Below, one piece after another: positions 11,901 to 21,782 of a DNA stretch of 64,000 nucleotides (positions are counted from its first letter, which is position 1; each line of letters opens with the position of its first letter). The translations under genes were made by a program, and so were the position numbers. This DNA is from Meyerozyma guilliermondii (Eukaryota). The notes under the pieces were generated by a model, which saw nothing but the letters and a program-made list of their open reading frames with translations, had not been told where the DNA came from and made no database searches. The stretch covers positions 806,001 through 870,000 of the forward strand of contig CP128818.1 of assembly GCA_051546255.1 (NCBI GenBank). The letters run 5' to 3'.

Positions 11901-13143
11901 TCTTTGACTCGCTGGCCGTCATATCGGTATCTTCCTCGTAGTTTTGCGGAGCATTGTGCTCGTTTCTATACTTCATCAAGAGGTAGTAAAACACCTTTTC
12001 CGAACATTTTGCAGGAGACAAAAGCTTCTTGATTATTGTCTGTTCATCGCAATTATGGAAGAGCACCGACAAGTTTTTGAGGATCTCGCGGTCGATCTTT
12101 TTGGACAGTTCAATCGGCTGGAAGGTGACATTCTTGAGATCAAAGTAAGAAGTGGATGACGTTAATGGCTCTGGATATTTCTTGAGAAGCGGGTGCAGCA
12201 AGATTTCGTCGATGGTAACACGATCGGCTGGGTTTACCTGGAGCATTTTGGTGATTAAATCTTTGGCTTCCAGAGACAAGTCTGGCGGCATCAAGAATTT
12301 TCCATTCTGCACTTTGAGCAAAAGCTTGCGGATATTCTCATCATCAAAGGGAAGGTGTCCGGTAAGAAGTGCGAAGAGAATGATACCACAGGACCATATA
12401 TCGGAGGGGGCACCATGGTAGTTTTTACCGGCAACAATTTCGGGAGAGGCATAGTGAGGAGATCCGCAGGAAGTTTCCAAGAGTTTTTCCTTGATTTCCA
12501 ATGCCGCCATTCCAAAATCAGCGATTTTGATGTTCTTATTGAAATCCAACAAGAGATTCTCCGGCTTCAAATCACGATGACAGATATTGAGCTGGTGCAA
12601 GTAGCCAATTCCGTGGATGATTTGCTTGAAGTAGCTCACTGCTTCAAATTCCTGAAGCTTCCCGCGCTTGATCAAGTAGTCGAACAACTCACCGCCTTCG
12701 ATATACTCGAGAATCAAGTACAAGTCATTCTTATTTTCCCACACATCGTACAACCCCATGATGTTCGGGTGAGCAATGAGCTTCATGATGATGATTTCTC
12801 GCTCAATGCCGTACGGCAAGTGGTCTTTCCCATCAGGGGACGCCAGGCGGCGATACTTTGGGTTTTCAAGTTTCTTGAAGTTGGACTTGGGTACAATTTT
12901 CACAGCAGCAAGCTTCCCAGTGTCAATATTCTTAGCGAGACGAACACGACCGGTCAGCCCACGGCCCAAGGTACGACCCAACTTCCAGGGACCAATTCTG
13001 TTTTGGTTTTTGCGTTTCTTTGCTGACAGATTTGTGTTGGTGGAAATCTGGGAGAGTCTCTTTGTGGCATTTGTAACCGACTGTACTACCCTATCCACCG
13101 GAACCGACGAGTAGTCGGACGACGGGGTACGGGAGTGGGACAT
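8911..13143 (-). CDS. HSL1: Nim1-family septin-associated kinase Hsl1
   Basis: N-terminal kinase domain (IGPWKLGRTLGRG[S]TGRVRLAK, HRDLKPEN, LETSCGSPHYASPE), ATKRLSQ N-terminus, D-box-like KNVLGNITN, KEN box, KA1-like C-terminus. Confidence 0.9.
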   Translation of the reverse strand: MSHSRTPSSDYSSVPVDRVVQSVTNATKRLSQISTNTNLSAKKRKNQNRIGPWKLGRTLGRGLTGRVRLAKNIDTGKLAAVKIVPKSNFKKLENPKYRRLASPDGKDHLPYGIEREIIIMKLIAHPNIMGLYDVWENKNDLYLILEYIEGGELFDYLIKRGKLQEFEAVSYFKQIIHGIGYLHQLNICHRDLKPENLLLDFNKNIKIADFGMAALEIKEKLLETSCGSPHYASPEIVAGKNYHGAPSDIWSCGIILFALLTGHLPFDDENIRKLLLKVQNGKFLMPPDLSLEAKDLITKMLQVNPADRVTIDEILLHPLLKKYPEPLTSSTSYFDLKNVTFQPIELSKKIDREILKNLSVLFHNCDEQTIIKKLLSPAKCSEKVFYYLLMKYRNEHNAPQNYEEDTDMTASESKNSFPRSTSIVRITTTDPSTGSKYTTTTVQKIPPSNSIHSSKSRKNVLGNITNTHTNSPKNKSFTASTSFTKKKHAMSTRSSSRSLKTKSKSLLKRKPTGLLALENVENEEVKSKVTGTFGSSSLMNFEKECQDVFEKPVPQRRTSKNLSPIEKHERELAMRVHKQNEEREHRYLLEAQAKAKAEVAKLNAAKAAAARAEANEVERLNLERAKRAEKQAAVNKLSEPKTAKLARDGTVQKADRRSVTEPIHTSSLDPRTKNINSLLRAKSLASPSSYSSLRKGSINQNTTKVLQQLGVDLNPGKINESVKTSSSRHLSAYLQDAKVTQADRISLGDFNEIEKENVGPLPTILRSGSQKSVKSERSQRSSASQWSTDTKSRKPLSMPYKSLLGGIDETGKTLPSMSPPREPLLRKLADTTMRTLDSRRTGLIPNPRFSRFSFNGLLGNLNPSTISVNEFPSAPSQTIISNSLLRGNTVVKSPRTSELIHDKTLPSLPTGMLKKSSTNLLGLGIDLKSNNSRHNSIAEKSRSRQMSQHHSRQASSGSYEQNHSQFVSVHLGDTVVEETHIHSDEDSQNTILGDESQPSFTEEKGGMETDISNFDIISSRTAEIGALNKSRPSLIDNLLDVSRHEDADSDKTTIKSLYKDYERIYGDERSISHHATKKTVDQDEYSRRKSSLNYDVLDKSGASYSRSATLNELEVEAAEQEANDGFEHDGYEPTIDDQAATGFGQDNEYEQAANDLQEERAPTRASTQVFSTLDRLVDDKEKASLKEREPEQNIDESGAAKDVGRYSTIIRRMSLKPKREAPKPPLASDIESKGHHRLPRFSVQSKIYTSDDNGPKAESKGWFRKLIDSIGSRNKPAKSTIKNTAQYNKKIQILDSKLSASELMRVIRNTLEMKRIEGSVSKVNIDEEFGLINGTIPAKFTGGRKLKFRIEIMDLVNASSLHVENLRGPTRSFKNLVNIIKFIVEQEEQAYDRQNGYEFSGNRVSTAKVN

Positions 13144-13400
13144 AATGAAGGAATATTAGTTGGTTTTGGTGGAATCAAGCTGAGTATTGGGACAAAAGGA
13201 TGATTAAGAAAATGAAGGGCAGACGAAAATCAATGTTCCAAGATAGATGGAGACACGTAGACGTAGGTTTAGGATGTTGAGCAACGTATTATTGCAATGG
13301 AAATGAGCGAATGTGATAAAAATGACCTAAAATGAATGAATGTCGATAACTGTACCACCAGTGGTGTTGTTAGATCCCTGTTTTTTCACCGTAACGCCAT

Positions 13401-13440
13401 TCGCGTTTGGCTGCTTAGGTAACGCAAACAAACAAACGCG
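13401..13440. promoter_or_regulatory. MCB/SCB-like ACGCG elements upstream of HSL1
   Basis: TCGCGT at 13401-13406 and ACGCG at 13436-13440; HSL1 is a G1/S-regulated gene in yeasts. Confidence 0.45.
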
Positions 13441-13843
13441 GTGAGGGCGTGGCAGGTGCGATTCGCGCAGGCGGAGCGGATAAGATTTGGGAGTGAGGAC
13501 AACGAAGGGAGGGAGAACGTTCTTAAACAGTGTAAAGAGAAGATGGTAACCTTTTGGATTTTAGAAGTAAATTCCTCTAGAAATTATTATAGGAATTATT
13601 CTACCCTTTTTTAGTAATTTTCTAGCCAATTGTTCAAACTAATTGTGTTTGTGGCTCAGCCGCTCGATCTACATGTGGCTCTATATTCAATCTGTAGGAA
13701 AGCGAAGATTCGTTTTTTTCGCAGTCTCACTTTCTCTCTCGCAGTCGCTTTCTCTTTCTCTATTCTTATCTGCTGGACTGGGTGCACAGGTGTAAGGTGT
13801 GCGCTCCCCACACAAATTTCTTGTCTTCTCCTAACGAACACTC

Positions 13844-15760
13844 ATGCTCAAGTTCAAAAATAAATTCAAATTCGGTTCCTCCGAAAAATCCACCTCTCCC
13901 AGTGGCAAGGAGTCACCGAGAACTTCCATGGAGTCTCGGAAAACACTTTCCGTAGAAAATGTTACCGACCAACTTTCAAAGACTAAAATAGATGGTGACA
14001 ATTCCAGTTCTACATCCACTCCAAAACCTTCGCTGCAAACCAGTTCTTCTGAAAAAGACGATTCCCCCCAAGGTTCCGAAGGAGCATCAAATCCCGGGTT
14101 GTTGACGGTGAAATTGTACTCGTCTCGTGATCTTCAACTTCCCATAAGAATCAACAACAACAAGAGAATTCTCCAAACATTAGCTTCCAATTCTAACCAC
14201 GAGGCCACGTCGGTGCAACTCATGAAAAACTTGGCATCGCTTCTGGATCTGCCGGCTACAGTAGAGGAACATTTGTCTGGTGAAGTGGCAGGTAATTTTT
14301 TGCCGTCAATAATTGCCATACCGAACAATGACTTGGTCAAATCATTGTTGTATACCACTGTAGAGTTCGACAACAACGTTTTGGTGCTTGAGCCACAAAG
14401 AGGTACCGTCAGCAATGCCACTTGGAACCAGGTGGTCAGCTTTGATGTGACCAAACAGGCGAGAGCGGTGCTTAATATCAACATGTTTATCCGGTTACCG
14501 GCCATGTTGATAGAGGAAACTGCTCCAGACAACTTATTCACGGGCCGCAGGTCAGATAATGCTGATAATGGCGAGGAAGGAACCAATTCCAAAGGTGCCA
14601 AGGATGCTGGAGATCTTTTAATTGGAACCATAAAACTTCCATTGACGCTCAGTTCCAAGCCGACTCGACTTCTCAACCATGAGAACGTTTCTTTTGTCAA
14701 CTATCTCACCGACAAGTCGGGAATTGGCGAGCTTGCCATGTCGATAGACTTCAAACCCATCTTGAAGCCGCATCTTTCCATTTCAGATTTCGATCTTTTA
14801 AAAGTGATTGGAAAGGGATCGTTTGGAAAAGTTATGCAGGTGGTCAAGAAAGATACCAAGCAAATATATGCGTTGAAAACGCTTAGAAAACAGCACATTA
14901 TTTCCCGAATGGAAGTCACCCATACCCTTGCTGAACGAACCGTCCTTGCGCGGATCCTGAATCCATTTATTGTGCCGCTCAAGTTTTCGTTCCAGAGTCC
15001 CGAAAAGCTCTACCTCGTTTTGAGTTTTATCAATGGAGGAGAACTCTTTTGGCATCTTCAACGGGAAGGTAGATTTTCGATGAACAGACTGAGATTTTAT
15101 GTGGCTGAACTTCTTACTGCGCTTGAAAGCTTACATGAAATGAATGTGATTTACCGTGATTTGAAACCGGAAAACATCTTGTTGGATTACCAAGGACACA
15201 TTGCATTGTGTGACTTTGGGTTGTGTAAACTCAACATGGCAGACAACGACAAGACAAACACATTTTGTGGAACCCCAGAGTATTTGGCCCCAGAATTGCT
15301 CTTAAATCAAGGTTACACTCGGAGTGTTGACTGGTGGACGCTTGGTACATTATTGTACGAAATGCTTACTGGCCTTCCTCCATTTTACGACGAGGACATT
15401 CCTACCATGTACCAAAATATTCTCAAAAATCCTCTCAAGTTCCCATCGTTTCTTGAAAAGACAGATGCCCAGGACTTATTGATCCTGTTGTTGCAAAAAG
15501 ACCCTGCCAATAGACTCAACGATGCTTCACAGATCCGCGGACACCGCTTCTTCAAGGACATTGATTGGAATAAGCTTTTGTCCAAAAGTTATCTTCCACC
15601 ATTCAAGCCAAACGTTGACAATTTGTTGGACACTTCGAACTTTGACCAAGACTTTACCAACGAAAAACCACAAGATTCCGTGGTGGATGACTTTTTGAGT
15701 GAAAGTGTACAGAAGCAGTTTGGTGGATGGACATACAACGGAGACAACTTGCTCAATTAA
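13844..15760 (+). CDS. YPK1: AGC kinase Ypk1 (SGK homologue)
   Basis: C2-like N-terminal region; kinase motifs IGKGSFGKV, EVTHTLAERTVL, TFCGTPEYLAPE; hydrophobic motif QFGGWTY. Confidence 0.96.
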   Translation: MLKFKNKFKFGSSEKSTSPSGKESPRTSMESRKTLSVENVTDQLSKTKIDGDNSSSTSTPKPSLQTSSSEKDDSPQGSEGASNPGLLTVKLYSSRDLQLPIRINNNKRILQTLASNSNHEATSVQLMKNLASLLDLPATVEEHLSGEVAGNFLPSIIAIPNNDLVKSLLYTTVEFDNNVLVLEPQRGTVSNATWNQVVSFDVTKQARAVLNINMFIRLPAMLIEETAPDNLFTGRRSDNADNGEEGTNSKGAKDAGDLLIGTIKLPLTLSSKPTRLLNHENVSFVNYLTDKSGIGELAMSIDFKPILKPHLSISDFDLLKVIGKGSFGKVMQVVKKDTKQIYALKTLRKQHIISRMEVTHTLAERTVLARILNPFIVPLKFSFQSPEKLYLVLSFINGGELFWHLQREGRFSMNRLRFYVAELLTALESLHEMNVIYRDLKPENILLDYQGHIALCDFGLCKLNMADNDKTNTFCGTPEYLAPELLLNQGYTRSVDWWTLGTLLYEMLTGLPPFYDEDIPTMYQNILKNPLKFPSFLEKTDAQDLLILLLQKDPANRLNDASQIRGHRFFKDIDWNKLLSKSYLPPFKPNVDNLLDTSNFDQDFTNEKPQDSVVDDFLSESVQKQFGGWTYNGDNLLN

Positions 15761-15821
15761 TGGAGACTGAAAAAGCTTATATTCCTATATAAGAGATTTC
15801 TCCATTTATAAGATTCCCCAA

Positions 15822-16298
15822 TTATCGCCTAGCAGCGTTGTTATAGCTAGCGCCCAGAGATCCAGGAAACGCTCCTCCACCAGTTTTACTCGATCCTTGA
15901 TGACCAGGTGCGAGCGGTGCTCCGTGCTTGTAATACTCGCGAGGAATTGGTGTGTTTCCCTGTTTCCATCGTTCGTTTTCACGGGCCTGGAATTCTGGGT
16001 ATGATGGGTTCAAATGCTCTGGTCTTGCCTGGCTGATATTGACCATATTTGGCTTGACTTTGATGACATTGGGGTCCTGCATTGGATCGTAGCCGGGGCC
16101 CTGGTACGAGTTGTTGGAGCTCAGAGGGCCTTCAAAGGCACCCGACTTCTTTTCATCAGGATATTCATTGGAGCCATGGTGTTCGTGTGGAGGTAGAAAC
16201 TCAGCATTTGGGACATTTGGACCATAATTGGCGCCTTCACTGTATGGAGGAGGGTCTTCCAGAGGCACCTGACTGCTTTCGTTGTCTTTTTTGCCCAT
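15822..16298 (-). CDS. Hypothetical hydrophilic protein with PPPY motif
   Basis: ORF from MGKKDNES (alternative ATG at 16322), containing DPPPYSE and rich in Pro/Gly/Asn; fills the gap between YPK1 and MRPL28. Confidence 0.7.
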   Translation of the reverse strand: MGKKDNESSQVPLEDPPPYSEGANYGPNVPNAEFLPPHEHHGSNEYPDEKKSGAFEGPLSSNNSYQGPGYDPMQDPNVIKVKPNMVNISQARPEHLNPSYPEFQARENERWKQGNTPIPREYYKHGAPLAPGHQGSSKTGGGAFPGSLGASYNNAARR

Positions 16299-16440
16299 AA
16301 TATTCTTGATTTTTTCGTTCATTGGCAGTTTCAGGATGCAGCAATGAATTGTCTTTGTGGGGAATTGCACCGGTGCACCACCAACACCGGTGTGCCTGCA
16401 TCTGCGCAGTGCTGATTTTTCATCTCGACCATTATCCTAG

Positions 16441-16833
16441 ATGAAGCCGTTCAACCCAGTCGCGGTATTTGTACGGGGAAAAAGGACGGGCCCGGTATCT
16501 CCTTCCACCCAGAAGGTGGTCAACCAACTTTCAGCACTTTCCGCTTCTCGAAAACAACCTCGTTTGCTCAAGTTATGTGATGAAGATTTGATCAAGCACA
16601 AGACAATTATGAATGCCTGGACGTTATACCAGCGTAAAAAGCAGCAGAGGCAACACGAACAGCTCCAGAAGCAGTATAATAGCATACAGGAGGCGATGGA
16701 CGAGTTGAAGGCCATCAGTCCGAAGCATTATCAATGGGCCAACAGAGTTGAACAAAAGCGGTTTCCACTCGAAATGAGAGTTCCAACGGATTATCCTGCC
16801 GACAAGCCGTGGGTGTATAACTACAAGAAGTAA
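16441..16833 (+). CDS. MRPL28: Mitochondrial ribosomal protein mL40
   Basis: VVNQLSALSASRKQP and FPLEMRVPTDYP motifs; basic presequence-like N-terminus. Confidence 0.9.
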   Translation: MKPFNPVAVFVRGKRTGPVSPSTQKVVNQLSALSASRKQPRLLKLCDEDLIKHKTIMNAWTLYQRKKQQRQHEQLQKQYNSIQEAMDELKAISPKHYQWANRVEQKRFPLEMRVPTDYPADKPWVYNYKK

Positions 16834-17074
16834 TGTAAATAGAAGACGGAAAGAAAAGAAAATGTAGATGGAAAACAGTTATAGATAATGGAGAAGAACG
16901 AAAGTAGAGTAGAACGAAAGAAGAGGAGAAGGAAGTACAGTAAATTACCATGACAGACTCTGGGAGGAGAAAAAAAGCTCAAAGGGTGATTACTAGTACA
17001 TTTTCTCTCAATTTGAATATTTTCTTCTTAATGTACATTAATTTTTCAGATCTGTCATCCTATCCCTACTTCAT

Positions 17075-17500
17075 CTAATCATCATACGTTCGTGCTTTCC
17101 GTTTCCGGCCCGGCGTCAGGTTCACCGAAGCCGGCTCTGAGGTGTTTTGTGGCGGATATCCTGCCGGCTCTACGCAATCTTCGTAATCATAATAATCCTC
17201 TTTGGGGTTGGTGCCCATATTTCTCATCAACGTCTTGACATAAGTTCCCGAAGAAAGGCTGAATATATGGTCGTCCTCGCTGTATACCATTCTCTTTTTA
17301 TTAGAGCTCGATGACGATTTTGTAAAGTTTTCAAATCCTTTGACAATATTTCCATGAACACTCTCATTGAAGTAATCCGACTCTTTTTCATAGATAGACT
17401 CTTCTAACTGGTTAAGCGATGCCTCTAGGGCTTGTTTCTTTAGTATGAGCTGTGTGAGCTTGTTTTTGGCAGCAGCATAGTCGTCTACTTCTTTGGACAT
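17075..17500 (-). CDS. EAF6: NuA4/NuA3 histone acetyltransferase subunit Eaf6
   Basis: LEESIYEKESDYF..GNIVKGFENF..DDHIFSLSS motif. Confidence 0.93.
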   Translation of the reverse strand: MSKEVDDYAAAKNKLTQLILKKQALEASLNQLEESIYEKESDYFNESVHGNIVKGFENFTKSSSSSNKKRMVYSEDDHIFSLSSGTYVKTLMRNMGTNPKEDYYDYEDCVEPAGYPPQNTSEPASVNLTPGRKRKARTYDD

Positions 17501-18326
17501 AAGACTTGTGTTGAAATTTGTAGAGTGCAGGTAAATGCGATTATTGTGCGATATGTGCGATATGTGTGCGAATCTGGGTGCGAATATGTGTGCGATTATT
17601 TAAGGGCAATACTATGGCTGCGAATCAAGCTGACACAGACAATATAGCGGATGATCAAATGAGAGAGTGGAGCGATTATGCAATTGGCTGAAGTTTGAAG
17701 AGTTATTCTTCTATCTTTCGTAGTCTATGGAAATTGGAGTACCGTATATCAATAACCTTCAGTCCAAACGCCGAATTATTATTTCGGTTTATAAGAGAAC
17801 AAAGGGCAATTGTACCCTCGTCACTTGTAATTTCATTCCTCTGCGATTCGAGACACGATCGAAGAGAGTCATTGAAGTACTAAAGGAGAAATACTACCAT
17901 TGTAATCAGCATTATTCATGTCACAAAGTTACTATGTCGCTGCTGTCACATTTTGTCACTATGTCAATTCTGTCACATTCTGGTAATTTCTGCTTTCTGC
18001 TTGTTACTCTTACCTACATTTCTCACCCCAGCCACACCATCAATATTAGCCACACCTATCAGAGCCATTGATTACATCGCAAGATTTCTACTGTATCACG
18101 AGACACAATCAACTATCACCTAACAATCTTGATTGGAAGTGATTTTACATCACCAGTTGCAGTCACTGTGGTGTTGCTTTCTTGTCGCCTCTCTGTTTTT
18201 CTCCTGCACTTCCGTTCGTCCTGCACCACCGCCCCGGGCTGCCTTGTCCCACCCGGATCACATCGGTCCACAGGATGCGCGCACTATATAAGCAACCACC
18301 GCGGGCGTTCGCGACATCGACTAAAA

Positions 18327-19646
18327 ATGGCCGTTAAGCAAATTCATTCTCGTTACGTTTACGACTCCAGAGGAAACCCAACTGTGGAAGTTGACTTGAC
18401 TACTGACAAGGGCTTATTCAGATCAATTGTACCATCTGGTGCTTCCACTGGTATCCATGAAGCTCTTGAATTGAGAGACGGTGACAAATCCAAATGGCTT
18501 GGAAAAGGTGTCACCAAGGCTGTTTCCAACGTCAATGACATCATTGCCCCTGCTCTCATCAAGGCCAACTTGGACCTCACCAACCAACAGTCCGTCGACG
18601 ATTTCCTCAACTCGTTGGATGGAACTCCTAACAAATCCAAATTGGGTGCTAACGCCATTCTTGGAGTTTCTCTTGCTGCTGCTAAGGCTGGAGCTGCCGA
18701 GAAGGGTGTTCCTCTTTACCAACACTTGGCTGACATTTCCGGTGCTAAATCCGACAAATTTGTGTTGCCAGTTCCTTTCCAAAATGTGCTCAATGGTGGT
18801 TCGCACGCCGGTGGTGCATTGGCTTTCCAGGAGTTTATGATTGTGCCAACCGGTGCTCCTTCTTTCTCCGAAGGTCTCAGAATCGGTTCCGAGGTTTACC
18901 ACACCTTGAAGTCATTGACCAAAAAGAAGTACGGTACTTCCGCCGGAAACGTTGGTGACGAAGGTGGTGTTGCTCCTAACATTGGCTCGCCAAGAGAAGC
19001 CTTGGACTTGATTGTCGATGCCATTGACAAGGCTGGTTACAAGGGTAAGGTTGGAATTGCTTTGGACGTGGCTTCTTCCGAATTCTACAAGGATGGTAAG
19101 TACGACTTGGACTTTAAGAACCCAGACTCCGACAAGTCCAAGTGGTTGTCCGGTGAACAATTGGCCTCTTTGTACGAGGAATTGATCAACGAATACCCAA
19201 TTGTGTCCATTGAGGACCCCTTTGCTGAGGATGATTGGGACGCTTGGGTGCACTTCTTCGCCAAGGTTTCCGACAAGATCCAAATTGTTGGTGACGATTT
19301 GACCGTTACCAACCCTCTCAGAATCGCTACTGCCATCGAGAAGAAGGCCGCCAACGCTTTGTTGTTGAAGGTGAACCAAATTGGTTCTCTTTCCGAGTCC
19401 ATCAGAGCCGCCAACGACTCCTACGGTGCCAAATGGGGTGTCATGGTCTCTCACAGATCTGGTGAGACCGAAGACACTTTCATTGCTGATTTGTCTGTCG
19501 GTTTGAGATCGGGTCAAATCAAGACCGGTGCTCCAGCCCGTTCCGAGAGATTGGCCAAGTTGAACCAAATTCTCAGAATCGAAGAGGAGTTGGGTGACAA
19601 GGCTATTTACGCCGGTAAGGACTTCCAAGCTGCTCACTTCTTGTAA
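18327..19646 (+). CDS. ENO1: Enolase
   Basis: Start [22 protein letters not shown] at ATG 18327 (the ORF track over-extends it); LLLKVNQIG and SHRSGETED motifs; TATATAA at about 18285; strong codon bias. Confidence 0.99.
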   Translation: MAVKQIHSRYVYDSRGNPTVEVDLTTDKGLFRSIVPSGASTGIHEALELRDGDKSKWLGKGVTKAVSNVNDIIAPALIKANLDLTNQQSVDDFLNSLDGTPNKSKLGANAILGVSLAAAKAGAAEKGVPLYQHLADISGAKSDKFVLPVPFQNVLNGGSHAGGALAFQEFMIVPTGAPSFSEGLRIGSEVYHTLKSLTKKKYGTSAGNVGDEGGVAPNIGSPREALDLIVDAIDKAGYKGKVGIALDVASSEFYKDGKYDLDFKNPDSDKSKWLSGEQLASLYEELINEYPIVSIEDPFAEDDWDAWVHFFAKVSDKIQIVGDDLTVTNPLRIATAIEKKAANALLLKVNQIGSLSESIRAANDSYGAKWGVMVSHRSGETEDTFIADLSVGLRSGQIKTGAPARSERLAKLNQILRIEEELGDKAIYAGKDFQAAHFL

Positions 19647-19704
19647 GTGTAGAAAATATATTATTGTCGAAATAGGCTACAAGATTCTTCTCTTCATATC
19701 TATT

Positions 19705-21042
19705 CTAGTTCTCTATCTGGTTTAATGCTTCGTTGAGCAGTTTTACGGCATATTCAATTTCTGCAAATGTGTTGTAGAGCGGTGTTGGAGCCACTCTTAT
19801 TACATCTGGGCGTCGTTCATCACATACTATTCCTCGGTTGTGGAGGTACTTGTTGACCTGTTCCATAATATTTTTGGATTTTTCATCATAATGAGGATGG
19901 AAAAGAAGCGATAATTGACATCCTCTTTGATTTGGATCCAATGGTGTAAGAATCTGGAACCCAAGTTTGGTTGGCTTTTCGTTCTGGTTAATGTAGTATT
20001 GCGATTGAGTCAACAAGTCTTGAAGAAATTGAGTCATTTTGATGCTTTTTTCTCGAAGAAACTGGATTCCATTGGCCTCTTGGAACACTTTTAAAGAAGC
20101 TTTGACAGCCACTGTATCGATAACACTGGGATTCGACTGGCGATAAGAAAGCGCCGAGTTGATTGGATTGAACTCCTCTTTCATCTGAAATCGTTCTTGC
20201 GCATTGTTCCCCCACCAACCTGCCAAACGTGGATTATAACTGGTTTTGGAGTTGTTCTCAGTGTGTCGCTGGTGGACGAAAATACCTGCCATGGCACCAG
20301 GTCCTGAATTGAGGTACTTGTACGAGCACCAAACAGCAAAATCAACGTTCCAGTCGTGGAGATTTAAGGGAACATTACCCACAGCATGAGCCAAATCCCA
20401 CCCCACACAAATGCCATGATCTTGAGCTGCTTTAGTGATGGATTTTATATCGAAAAACTGACCAGTATAGTACTGGATTCCGGGAAAACACACCAACGCA
20501 AGTTCTTCTGCGTTGTTTTCTATCTCGAAAATAATGTCTTCTGTACGTAAATAAGTGGCACCGTCTTGTACTGCAACTTGAATCAAGTGCGATTCATCGT
20601 AGCCAAAAAGCTGAACAATATTCAAAAAAGCATAGTAATCCGAGGGAAAGGCATGTTTTTCAAACAAGATTTTCGTCCGTTTACCCTTGGGCTTATAAAA
20701 TGACATCAACATTGCATTCAAGTTACTGGTAAGAGAACCCATGACTGCAACTTCCGACTCTTTTGCGCCAACTATAGGTGCCATTAGAGGAAGCAAAGGC
20801 AAATCTATGTCAACCCAGGGTGTTCGTTCAGGGTGGGAAAAGTGACCCTCAACTCCTTGCTGGGCCCAAGTATCCAATTCATCGTTTATGGCTTTTCGGG
20901 TCGATTTGGGCATGAGTCCCAAAGAGTTTCCGCATAGATAGATGGACTCATTTGTGTCTGAGGAAATGTTCAAGGACTTGAGAGTGGGCACTTCAAACAA
21001 GTGGCGGAACGTGGGGTACTCTTTATCCAATTGGGCAGACAT
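19705..21042 (-). CDS. BNA5: Kynureninase
   Basis: [23 protein letters not shown] lysine motif [20 protein letters not shown]. Confidence 0.97.
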   Translation of the reverse strand: MSAQLDKEYPTFRHLFEVPTLKSLNISSDTNESIYLCGNSLGLMPKSTRKAINDELDTWAQQGVEGHFSHPERTPWVDIDLPLLPLMAPIVGAKESEVAVMGSLTSNLNAMLMSFYKPKGKRTKILFEKHAFPSDYYAFLNIVQLFGYDESHLIQVAVQDGATYLRTEDIIFEIENNAEELALVCFPGIQYYTGQFFDIKSITKAAQDHGICVGWDLAHAVGNVPLNLHDWNVDFAVWCSYKYLNSGPGAMAGIFVHQRHTENNSKTSYNPRLAGWWGNNAQERFQMKEEFNPINSALSYRQSNPSVIDTVAVKASLKVFQEANGIQFLREKSIKMTQFLQDLLTQSQYYINQNEKPTKLGFQILTPLDPNQRGCQLSLLFHPHYDEKSKNIMEQVNKYLHNRGIVCDERRPDVIRVAPTPLYNTFAEIEYAVKLLNEALNQIEN

Positions 21043-21782
21043 GAGGAACAGATAGAGCAGAATAGAGGAAAGTGTTTGTCATAGTGGGCATATGCAGGAC
21101 AGGAAAGATAGCATAACAAAAGTAAGATGGAGATAAGATGGAGATATTACAAGCGATATTAGATGGTTTCTCATGGCACTGGTGAATACAGAACGTGGTT
21201 TGAACCTTGATGTTTTGTCGTTTCTTGTGTTCTCATTTTCCATACCCGCGGCAATGAATTGATTTTTTTAGAATTGTGTATTTTCAAGTTGTGGTTCGTT
21301 TCTGGTAGTTCTGAGTTTCTTTCTTAGTCACTACTCTTGGCGAATTGTTGTGTTTGTTCGAAATGGTGGAATGGTATTTGGCTGCGAAATTTGCAGCCGT
21401 CTCAATTCTTCATGCGAGCCTAATTTGCACAGTTTCAAGCTACAATTCTTTCCGATAACACAATAGGAACCAGATTGGATAGTAAAGGGGTAGTATGAAG
21501 GGGCTAGTATGGGACTAGTATGGATTGTGCGATATGGATTACCGATTTTACCGGTAGTAAAAAATCGAATAAATCTCTAATTGAGCAAGACGGTACCTAC
21601 TGCGATCACACGGATCTGACTAGTTCTGAGGATATGTTATTCATTGAAAGAAATGATATAAGTGACATAAATGACTTAATGATAAATACATTTCCCGCAT
21701 GATTTTGTAGCCGGGCGCGCAAGACATCTTTACACCCAGTGCCAGCAAGTGAGACACTTCGGCAACACTTCATCAATACGCC

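Noticed and set aside
17695..18071. 62-aa and 114-aa ORFs upstream of ENO1
   Set aside because: No recognisable domain; the composition is explained by TGTCAC repeats and promoter DNA.
18129..18326. 66-aa N-terminal extension of enolase in the ORF track
   Set aside because: It begins at a non-ATG codon and spans the TATA box; the conserved start is ATG 18327. The same applies to the extensions on SEA4, CBP4, VCX1, UTP6, TDA3 and APE4.
18912..19637. 241-aa antisense ORF inside ENO1, and similar shadows in HSL1, UPC2, UBA4 and ESF1
   Set aside because: Expected by-product of codon bias on the opposite strand of real genes; no recognisable motifs.
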